Assembly: GCA_026387475.1 (NCBI GenBank)
Contig: JAPLLN010000049.1
Span: 16,556-80,555 of the forward strand
Origin: Candidatus Omnitrophota bacterium
GTDB lineage: Bacteria; Omnitrophota; Gorgyraeia; Gygaellales; Profunditerraquicolaceae
Direction: 5' to 3'
Length of the DNA: 64,000 bases
Shown: in pieces, positions 1 through 12,000 of the stretch
How the letters are laid out: the number at the start of each line of letters is the position of its first letter
Numbering within the stretch: the first letter of the stretch is position 1
Position numbers and translations under genes: made by a program
The notes under the pieces: generated by a model
What the model was told of the DNA's origin: nothing
Seen by the model: only the letters and a program-made list of their open reading frames with translations
Database searches by the model: none

Positions 1-3000
1 ATCTTGCACCTTGCTTAGTCTTCGCGCTTCTGGCATCCGAAATATTGACCTCATGATTTGATTTGTCAAAAAGCGTAAGGTCACTGACATTCATTCTTGC
101 TAACCCTGCAACCACGTTGATATTGATAAAGTCAAATCCTGAGATGTCTTGCCTTAAGAACGGCAGGCTAAGAGTAGTCTCGGGTATTGACTTATCAAGC
201 AGATATGCCACCTTTAAGACAGTTTCTCCTTTGCGGGTTTTCTTGGAATCAAATATAACGGATATCCGCTCTTCCCCTTCAGAGCTAACAATCCTCGCGC
301 TGACGATTGTTTTTCTATCGGGGCTAAACTCTATTACCATGATCCAATCTTCATGGCCTTTAATCTTCTGGCTTGATTCATCGATCCAGGCGACGACATC
401 TTTCAGATTCTTCTCGGTTAACGCGGACCCACTTCTTACATAAAAACCGTTATCATTATAGTAATACTTACGCTTTAACGATAAGCCTTCATTTGTTTTC
501 TCCCCAAAATCTATTACGGCCATACCCGACATCTGGATACCGTTTACAACCAGCGGACGTCCAAAGAACTGCACTGTCTCTTCTCCGGGGTTAGTCTCAA
601 TGCCGTATCTCCTTATTACCTTTCCTTTGTCCCTGTTTTCTTCGAACTTCGTTCCTTTTACATACCCCCTGTCTTCAACCACCATTACCGTCATAGGTTT
701 GCCATCAAGTCCGGGATAAATAACTGTTTTCGGAGTCACATAAGAACGGAAACGTATGACTCCTAATTTACCGCCAAGCTCGGGATAATCACGCGTCTCT
801 GAACCAGTCTCATTGTTCTGGGAATCGCGCTGGATCAAAGCGATAGTCTTTTTGTTTAAATCAATACGTCCGGTCTCATCGCCTTCGCCGTAAGTCTCGA
901 TTGTAACCGCCCTCGCCTTCAAAACCTTACCTTTGTAATCATTGCGCGGCACATACAAGACAACATCATGCTCTTTCCCGCCATTAAGAGCAACTCTCGT
1001 CTTAAACACTACTGCCCATCCGATAAGTTCTCCCTCTTCTCCGGTAACAGGATTATACGCGTATAAATTGGAGATCTCTTTCCCGGCGAATTCCGGCTTC
1101 CATTCTCTTGCAGACATACGGGTAGCAAAAGGCATATCATCCCTATCATAGACCATCCCTAAGTTCTCCTGATAAACGGAATCCTTCGGGCTACCCTTCA
1201 TATAAAGCCTCAACAGCCTGTAACCGGATGCGCCCAGGCGCAGCAATCTTATCTCTCCGCTGTCAAATTTCTTGGCAAATTCAGCGTAATTCTTGTAGAC
1301 ATCATTAGGTAATACGAAATAGCCTTTTCCTGCAATACCGTTGGCAAGCTCGGCATCGGTAAGTTTAGGCATCCTAACCATCAGATGCTCAGCGCGTATA
1401 TCATTCATTACTTCATCGCCTAATTTATTGAATTCAATGGTAGCGCCGTTGACATAGCTGGTCAGGAGAGGATTAAACCCGCGCTTCTTTAATGACTTAC
1501 CGAGTTCGGAATTGAATGATGCATTTCTATACCAGAGGACTTCTTCATAAGCATCGCGCACTTCATTGAAATTGGAGTCAATAAACCACGGATACCAAGC
1601 TCCGGACTCATTGGTTTCAGGATGTCTGTTGCCGGGATAAGGATTATGAATGGAGTAAACCGGATTATTTCTATCGGTATGCAGGTCTACTACCATTTCA
1701 CGGGTCAGGCGCGTCCTCAAAGTGCCCCTAAGCGGATCAGGAACATTGCTTAAGGCAACCACAGGCTTATTACCTGTCTTCAGGGTTCCCTTTGTAAAAT
1801 CTACCTGTGCCCTTAGCGCCTCTTCGGGAACGCCGATTAAAGCATAACCCTTCTTATTGAAATTAGATCTCTCGGCGGTCATCCCGCGCTCATAAAGAAC
1901 GGCTAACGCCGGCTCTCCCTTGACGTAAACCGTGGAGATATTCGCCCTAAACCCGTCAGGTAAAACGCGTCCGGCCAAGAGTACCGCCATCTCTCTCTCG
2001 GTGAACATCCTGAACGACCCGCGATTCCCGCCGATAGGCATAGTATAGAACTCGCGGCCTAACTCCAGCATCAACAACTTGCCTTCTAATCCTAATACCA
2101 ATTTCCCGTTCTTACCTTTATAATTGACTAATTCATAGCTGTAAGCTATGCGTCCGTTAGCGTCAATTACCGGCCTACCCTTATAATCTTTGACCTGATT
2201 CCCGCGGACAAAACCGCGGATAAGCGCATCAGTTAAATCCTGCGCATTCATATACTCCAAGCCGGCATTCCTGTCCTGCACCGCGGCCAGGCCGCTGATC
2301 AATCTCGGCGCTATATCATTGATATACTTAAGCCCGGGCTGGACGAACCCGACAAAATCCCCGTCTATTAATACGAGCGCTTCATTCATTTCTTTCGGGC
2401 ATTCGATAACCTGATAAAGCCCCGGACGATTAACCACCAGAGTAATATACTTAGGCCCTCTTCTTAATTCCATGCCATAGGCCTTTATCTTCTGATTGAC
2501 CGCTGCTAACGCAACTTCGTTTTCCAAAATGCTCGTCTTAGCCAAATCTATCGGATTAAGTATTCTGATAGTCTTGCCATCCAGACCGTAGCCTAAACCT
2601 AAGCCAGAATCCAACGCCGCGATATGCTCTTCGTTTAACGGCGCCCAATTGAGCACCCGGCCTATTGTTCCGTCGGCAAATACGCCGCGGGAAGTCTTGA
2701 GCCGTTCGCCTCTCTCTTTAAATTCAGGCACGGAAACAATATCCTGTTTACCGAGCAGCTTGCTGTTAAAGAATTTTGTGATCTCCTGAGTAGTAATATC
2801 GCTAAACTTGGAAGGCCTGACTATAACGTAGCCGTTCTGATCAAACGCCGTCTGCGGAGCAAGTTTAAACATGGTCTTAAGCACAGTGGCGGGAGAAATG
2901 CTGACTGACTGATAGCTTGCATTCGCCTGCGCCATACCCTGATCACCTGACATCATGCCGACATACAATTTATATTCAGCCCATTTCCTTACTCCGACTC

Positions 3001-6000
3001 CGGCTGTCTGCGGAGTAGCTATTCTTTCTATTTTCACATCCGGTATAGCAATCTGCGGAAGACGGATATACCTCTTTAATTCATTTTTCCTCTCCGGGTC
3101 ATTAGCCCAATCAGTCCAGAATTTCTTGTAGGTATCCCAAGTAAGATTCCTCTGGTCAGGGATGGTAAAGAGCGGGTGATCCTGCTCATCCCTGATCTCC
3201 CCGCCAATAGAAACGCTGTTACCGTAAGCCTTTTTGTCTCCAAATTCTACTACCGCCGGGATAAGCACCCGCTTACCCTGTACCATATGCCATTCTGCAA
3301 ACGGCTCCTGCCAAATAAGCACTGTCCCGCGCTTCAGCGGGAATGAACCTTTTTCAAGTTCGATCTCCTGATCGCTCTTAAGCGTAACCGTAGGCAGACG
3401 GTCTAAGTCGCTGCGATTAAAGCTGTAGAAACTCCGGGTAAGACAAATAATCTTCATTACCGGCGCGCGGAGCACTGACGGAAGATTCTTATCTTTCGAG
3501 ATGATTGGCTGTTGGGCGCGCAACGCAGCGTCTAAAGCAGCCGAGGCATAACTAGGGATTATCTTACGATGTCGTAAAGGATCATGATAAAGAGGATAAG
3601 GCGTAGATGTGGATTCCTCGATGGCAAAACCCATATCCATCGGAGATTCGATATAGCTAACCTTGCCGGTATAATCATCTGTGGCTGCGCCGAATTTCTG
3701 GGTCATACCGATGAGATAACGCGGCCCGTTATTCAGAGCTTCGACAGAAAGAATAGAAGGCATAGTCTTATCTTCCTGCATAAGGCCATAGGCGGTAAGG
3801 TATTTTTCCGCGCCCTTTACAAAATAACGCTCCTGGACAGCGAAATCGCGCTTATGAGTCTTATAATTGTAGCGGATGATTATCTTTGCCTCTCCCCAGC
3901 GCAACTGAAAATAGCTGCAGTCAGGCTGCGGGTTATAAATCGCCTCAAAATACATCATACGCAGGTCTTCCGATTCAATTACCACCACAGGATAGAATTT
4001 ATTGAATAATTTCTCCAGCGGCTGGACCGGGTCAGGGACTATCCAGCGCTCACCGTCAATTTCGAATTCCGGAACATCCACGCCGATACCGACCTTTCCG
4101 AAATTAATACCCGGTGAGAAAATATTAAGATGAAACCCGTTTTTATTGCGTTGCGGATAGATAAGCCCGCCTTCGCGAAGCTCTCTGTTCATAAAATGGC
4201 GCTGATATGTCCATTCGCAAAGCTTATCCATAATGTAATAAGCGGCGAGCGGAGGATAGGCAGTGCCACTTGCTATACCTTCAGCGGCAAGCGCAACGCT
4301 AGCAGCGTCTCCCAGCAGTCCGTTTGCGCCGATGCCGCCGGTAAGGCCTCCGCCGAAATTAAAGTTATGTATTATCGAACCGCCTAAATAATGCAGGTTC
4401 AGGCTTATGTCAAAAAGCACAAACTGGGTACGCGGGTCATCGGCTTTAAGTTTGCGCGCCATCTCTATTTTCTTCTGAAGGTCAACGAGAGAATTATTGA
4501 TATAATTGTGCATATGGGTGAGAAGGACTTCTGCTTTTCCCGGATCAAATGCGCGGTGCCTGAATTCATTAAGCGCCCCCACCGGTTTATCCATGCGGGT
4601 TCCCAGAATCATAGGATTGGTCCTGCTTTGAGTAAAACCATACCACATGGTTGAGGCCAGCGACTTCTTGCCCAGAGGAGTAAACCAATCATGGCCGGTC
4701 GGCTTGCCAAAACCAGTAGCATAGGGGAATGTGCCGTCTTCATTAGCGGTACCTTCTACCTCGCGGGTAAGCTGATCCGCGATAGTATTATCGCCAATCT
4801 TACGCAGGGCGGCGACCATAGAAAGAGTAAATTCCGGAGAGACCATGCGGCCGTCTTCCTTCTCTCTCCCTTCAGTCCTCCCGGTAGCTACCTCAACACC
4901 ATCCAAGCCCTTATTCCCGCGCCTGGCTGCCAATCGCCCTTCATCATTTGTATAATCCAACCCGCCTACGTATCTTTCGTTATATTTTATTCTTCTTACC
5001 CTTGCTTCCTGGATCGTATCATGCAGGAGGCGGGAGGCATTAACTCCTCTGACTCCGAGGAGCCTCTCGACATCATTGGCGTTTTCAGTGCTTAAGACTA
5101 GCCACGGGGCAATATCCGAAGCAAAGGTATCATCAAACCTGTTTTTAGTCTCCTCGAAACCGCGCGCCAGATACCAGCGTCTTACCCTATGATCAATAAG
5201 CGTCGTCTGTATCCCAAATATTTCGCTGACGTATTCCTTATAAGCCAAAGAGTTCCTTATGAAATGATTAATCCCGTAACGGCCGTCTTTATCGCCGATA
5301 GTCCACTCCAGGCGCCGGATTAATTCCGGAGAGTTACGTATCCCTAATGCGCTCCCTTTTTCGCGCAATAATTTTATGAGGTTATTCAGAAACGCCCGGC
5401 TTGAGACGCTCTGTTCGGTAGAATAATATGTGCTTAATCTCTCTTTGCCGTATTCATCTATTCTAAAGGTACGCAGGCCGCCGTAGGCAGGACTGCGCGG
5501 GTCAGTATTCTGCAGACCCATCAAATAATCGGCAAGCTGCCAGGCGAAATTAACGAAAGCCGTATCCTGCGCGGTGTAATTATTCTTGTAATACAGATAC
5601 CTTGCTATTGAGTTCCCGAACCAGGCATTCTGCCCGGCATCCTGTTTCTTCTCCCAGACCTCGCCAAACCTAAGGCTGATGCCGTTAGGAAGTCCGAATT
5701 TACCGAGATAATACTTCTGATAAATTTCAATCATAGAAGCTGCATGCTCAAATTCTCCGCCTTCCACACAATCAATGATTGCCAGCGCCGCGTCGTAGGT
5801 AACCAGGGTCTCCATCAAGCGCGGGTCATCCGGGTGGCTAAGCACTAAGTTGGCCCAGATTTCACGCAGCTTCTTATCAGTCTTGTTCTGCTGCAGACTC
5901 TTCTTTAATTCACCTAATTGATCCTTAAGCGCTTCTAATCTCTTATTACGGTCTGTCACAGCTAATCTCTTGTCCAGGCTAAAGGCGTTCATGTACTGCG

Positions 6001-9000
6001 ATAACGCCTTTGTTGCTTTTATCGCTTCCGGAGTAGGCAGGCCGGCAACCTTTGCCTCCAGCTCCATGACCTTGGCCTGCGTAACCTGCCTGTCTTTCCT
6101 TATTTCAGAGATGAGCGCATTATAGCTTTTATCCAAAGCATCTATGCTGGCGACTAATTTTACTTTTAACGGATTAGCGGCCAATCTCTTGACCATCTCC
6201 GCCCTGTCTTTGGCTAATTTTTCAATGGCATTCAGCTGATCCTGTTCGCGGAACTTATACCAATCAAGCTCCTGGCGGGCATCAGCCAGCTTCTTATTTG
6301 CTGCTTCGACAGCTTGGTCTACGGCTTGAGGAGTTACTGATCTGGCTTGAACTGCAGGTTTTGCAGCGGGTAAGCTGACAGGGGCCTGTTGAGCATCCCC
6401 AACAATATTCAATCTCTGCCCGATCACCAGCCTATTCGAATGCTCGTTAAAAATGTGCATATTGTATTTAAATATATCCCTCCACTGGACATTGTATTTT
6501 GCGGCTATTGAATACAAGGTTTCTCTCGGCCGGACTTCGTGGGATATAGGCTTATTGACCAACTTATGAGATACAGGAGGAAGGATCTCTCCCGGAGCGC
6601 CGGGCACGTTCAAGGATGCGTTGGCATCTTCAGCTTTAATTAAGGCCTTAACGGCAACTCTGTTTTCGTCAGCCTTGATTTTTGCGTCGGTTATCTGCAC
6701 AATGTTAGTTGCGGGTTGAGTTACTAATTCTACTGAATTGGTCGGAGTAATGATCGGTGCGGTAAGGACATTAGTGGTTATTGTTGCGGCAGCGACTAAA
6801 TTAGTGGTGGTTTGGCGTAAGCCGGAGAAGAGATTCATGAATCTTTCGATAATTCCCGGAGGACCTGTAGCCATAACCGGCCCGGCTAAACGATGCGCTG
6901 CGTTAGTTTCAACTGATGCCACTTTACCTGTTTGAGTTAAATCCGGAGTAACAATAATATTAGACGGCGGTACTACTTTGGCTGCGGGAATATTATTAGT
7001 ATTAGTAACAGCGGGTACGGGAACAGGTGCAACAGGTATCTCCTCTGCCGCGCCGGCGTTCGGGCCGGTTAACGCCGCCAAAGGTGAAAGCAGATATCCC
7101 ATCGCATCAGTAGCTATCCCTAAAATATCTATTCCGGTGATATTATAAATTAACGCAGCTTCAAGCTGGCCCCAGGAGATAGCGCCCAGGTTATGCTGGG
7201 TATCTTCCAAGGCCATGGCAATTACGTTTATCGGCTCGCCGACCAGGCGGACCGCATCCTGCAACATAGGAACTGAACTCTGATAATTCGCCATTTCATG
7301 GCCGATATTAATAACAGCGGCGATTTCCGCGCCGATCAAAGACATATACCAGAAGGAATTGCCGAATCTGCTTCCCTCTAATAACCACTGGGCAAGGTAC
7401 GGATGCCCCTGATTTGCATAATGACGGGCAATAGCTACACCCACTCCCTGCCCGGCCTTATAAATATTCCAGGACTCTGACGGATGCCTGGCAACAACCG
7501 CAAGATAGGCTAATAATGCCAAAGGTGAAGTTAAAGTAAAGGCCAGCGCCAATACCGCCGGAGCTAAACGATAAGTAATCTTGTTATTGAATCTATTCAA
7601 GAACGGCTTCTTCGCAGCCATAAAGCGCTGCTCCATTAATTTTACTAATCCCGGCCTGCCGCCGGCATTCACAATACCCTGCTCAAGCATATCTCTGACG
7701 AGATCGCCCGATACTTCCTTATTCTTAAACGCATCCAGCAGTCTGCGAGCATCAGTTGTTACGCGGTTTGAATTGTATCTGTTCTTCGCCAGGATATCCT
7801 GCAGGGAATTATAAGTCGATTTAATAGAAATAAGCTTCAGGCCCATGACGATCGACGCCAACCTGATAAATTCGCTTAAGGTATGCGGTAAGCCCCAGTA
7901 TAAACTGTCATTAACATGAAGAGGGAGGCCTAAAACCATTAATACATTATTGGCAAAGACGCTGCTTACGAATATCATCAATCCTCTGCCTGCGGCAAAT
8001 CTGACGATACCGGATACGGTAGGCGCGAATAAGGCCAATTTTGTTGCGGTAGCTTTAATAGCATAGCGCTTTGCGCCGGCTAATACTATTTCCTCGCCAA
8101 ATAAGGCTGCTTCTTTATCGACTTTCTGTTTAATCTCCTGGTCTCCGGCAAGGTAGCTACGGGCAAAATCAGCATAGTCGAGGTATCTCCAGGTATAATC
8201 CCAGAAGAAATTCCAGACTACCTCGACAAGATAACGGATACCTAAGCCCATGGCTGCGGCAGTTAAGACAGCGGAAAGACTAACGCTTGTAGAGAGCGCC
8301 GTAAGAACTGCGAATGTAACAGCGGTCACAAGCGGCAGGGGGGTCTTGAATATCTTATTTACCGCAACATATAATGAAGACTTCGGTGTCTGATATTCTT
8401 TATTGTGAACAGCGCGTAAGGCTAAGGCTTCGGTCTTATCTAATTTAAACGCCGCAAGGCCTAATCCGTAGAATATCCTCGCGTCCTTGCCCGCTCTTAT
8501 ATTCTTAATGTCTCTGGCAAGCAAGGCTATGCCAACCATTACACCTGCAATGAGGAAAATCCCCAGTAATATAGTAGGCAATAGTAATATAGCAGGTACT
8601 GTTGGCGCTAGCTTTACTGCTAGAGGGGCAAGGTATTCAGAAATTGCCACTCTTAACACAGGCATAAAATATTTGAGTGTGTAGATAAAACCAATTAAGA
8701 GAGATGCATGCCAAACCAAAACCGAGCCATTTTTGGTCGTTAATTTAGTTTTTAACGTGGTTCCAACACTAACAGGAGAAGAGCTATTGGTTCTTCTCGA
8801 TGCCACCCTATCTTTAATGACCTTAATTGCTTTCTCCGGATTCACGCAGCCCTTTCCAAGTTTGCCTTCTAAGAAATAGCTATCTTTTAATGGCGTTGCT
8901 GTATCAATTATCACATTTATAGCTTCTGAAGACGCTAACGAATGATCTAGTGATAGCAAATTAGCGGCAAGGGCACTAACTTGGGGAGCAGCGAAAATAA

Positions 9001-12000
9001 ATGCTGAAGCATCGATTCTTACCACGGGAATAAAAGGATAACGCAAATTAGCTGCAATGTTAACTGTAGAAGGAGCGGCAACGCTAACGTAACTACCATA
9101 ATTAGAGAATTTAGCTTTACATTCCCCCCTACTGTCTAATCCGGCTACCGCAATCACCTCTTTATATGCCGCTGGATAAACAGGGATATCCATATTATCA
9201 CCGCCGTTAGCGGCAATAACTACCACACCCTTAGACTGAAGTTGTCTGATTAATTCGTGAGCATTCTCGTCTTCATTATATTCGTAGAAACTGGTATTTA
9301 TTATTACAGGGAGCGTTGGATTGCTGTTTTTAAAATCTAGAACCATTTTTAAGCTCCTCAAAAATCTATCGCGATTAAATTCGAGATGCATTGATTCCAA
9401 TTTTGTACAAATAGCAAAGATCTCCACTATATCTTCAAATCGCTTATTTCCTTTTTCAAGTGACCATCTATATAACTCCCCATAATTCCTCCAATAGTAA
9501 TCCTTACTTCCCTGTTTTATAGAATAATTTCTTAGGAGATTGAGTAATTCATTGCGCACCCCTTCTTTAATACTTGAAAAATCTTTACTGTTTTTAATTC
9601 CAACTATTACTCCACTATCACCAACAGCTGAGATATTTATCGGGATAATCTCGCAGTCATTATTTCTCTCCCGGATTACTTTAGCAACCAATGTACCGTT
9701 AAGATGCCCGCCGAAGTTATAGAAGAATATCGAGTTAAATGGAACCAAAAAGTTATTACCATACTTCGGTTCGGTAATCTTTAATAAGCTATCCCACAAT
9801 TGAGTCTTTAGATCGTATTTTGTATCTCCCATGTATTTTTCCCCAAAACTATGGCTGAGACCAATACCAAATGTTGATAACGTTCCAGAATCAATAATAA
9901 ATACGGTTACCTTTCTCCTATTTTCTTTTCCACACCCGCTAATTAAAGATGTACCTCCAAGGGCAAACATGGTTGTTGCGCCAATAAACTGTCTGCGGCT
10001 CATGCTCAATCCCGCCACCGCCGCGCCGACTTTAGTCTCAACTGAATTCAACGGACTTGAGGTCTTGTCCGCCGAACCGGTGCCCATAGACGCTTCTGCC
10101 TGCCCTAATGGTAACAACCCCTGAACAGAGTCACCACCCCTTACTCCTTCTTCTCCTAATCTGGCTCTCGCTAACAAATTCATAATTAATACCAATATAT
10201 CTTCCCTAGCTTGAACAGAAGGAATAAAGGTGATTTTACGTTTTTCACTGGCAAAGTCAGGGCTCTGTTTAAACCCTCTTGTCAATTCCACACCAAAATG
10301 TTCTGCGACTTCTGCTGGAAATTCTTCAGGAGCGTCATGGGAATCCTTTTTGCCAGCGGTAAGCATATTCATCCACTCTTTAGCCCAGGCGCCACCTAAT
10401 TTCCCAAGGAGTTCAACGTTAGAGATCTCAAAAGGTTTTCCGGTTTCAAGGTCATCTATTACGGTTATCCTTGATAAAAGCAAGGCATTGTGATATGCGC
10501 CGAGCATGGCATCGCCAATTTCATCCTCAGTAATAGGGTCTAAGGGGTGGGTAGAATCTTTTCTGTTCCGGGTTAGCTGAGAACTCGAAACACCCAAATC
10601 CAGAAGCACAACGTTTCCGTCAACATTAACCCCGAAATTATGGAATTTATTGTCTGAAACAATAACCCCTCTGCGGGCCATCTCGATATAAATCTCATAT
10701 GCCTTTCTCAAGATATCCACGCCTATGGCGTATTTACGTTCAAAATTACCATTGCCCAAATAAGCAAAAATGCCCTTACCTTCTGACAGATCCACTAAGT
10801 AATGCAAGATAGTCCGTACCTTTTCCTGATAAATCTTACCATCGCTAAGCAGCACAAATGGTGCGGTCAATCCTCCTAATCTTTCTTGCATAAGGATGTA
10901 ACTTCCGAGCTCAATACTACATTCAGCCGGATTTTTAGGAGTTTTGCGTACAATATTAAGGTTGGGATCTACCTCAACAACAAACTCTGCAGAAGCAGAT
11001 ATCCTGCGCTCAGGCACGAAATTCATCATTGCCTTATACACATGCCCTTCTTCAATCCCGAGGATTTTTGTCAGCAAATCATCAATCTTATATAGCAATG
11101 ACTGGAGGCACAACTTGCAAAAATCATCCCGATTTCCGTCTTGATAGACATTCATCAGATGATGGGCGTCCCGCTGGACGCTTTCGCTAAACTTCTGGCG
11201 TTCACTGTTAAGAACATTCTTTATATAACCATAGAACCTGGCTCCATATTCTGCCTGCACACCGGCGTTAGGACATTGTCCTTGCTCATTTAACATCGCG
11301 CCAAGATATTCTCTTCCCTTTTGCGTAACTGCCAACATATCAATTGCCCAGCGATGATACGGACTTAAACGTGTAATACCTTGAGCGAAACAGGCACCCA
11401 GGGAAATATTATTGTCGTGGGCATAGCTGTTATGCAAATTTGCGAATATCTCCGCCCAGCGTTTCATCTCTATAGCCCTACGATCCGGAGCAAGCATGCG
11501 GTAACTAATGCTTAGGTAGTCTTCATAAAAACTTCTGGTAAAATAAATATGGCTTTTGCCATCAGGACTAAAATACGAAATAGCGGAGACCAAATTTTCA
11601 AGGTCTTTAGCGTCATCGGTAATCGGGAAACCAAATAACGCGCCCACCCCTTCATTAACTACATGTAAAACATAATTCTCACGATTAAGAGGAACTTCCA
11701 GCCCGATAAAGCCGTAATATGCTTTCACGGCTTTCCAGTCAACTACATCAGGGTTAATAATAGTCGTTATATCATCTTCAAATCTGGCTAGCCTGGTCTT
11801 AAGGGCAGCGATTCTAAGGTTGAATTCCGTACCCTGCATATTCGGACCATGCAGACAGAGGACCCATAACTTAGAAGCTACTTCGGTAAGGGCTGCCGGC
11901 GAAGAGGCGTCTTTCTTTTTTTGATCAAGGATTACTTTAACTTTCCCTATTCCCTTGATTATCTCGAATAACAGCACACAGTCTTTGTCGGCCTTAGTAA

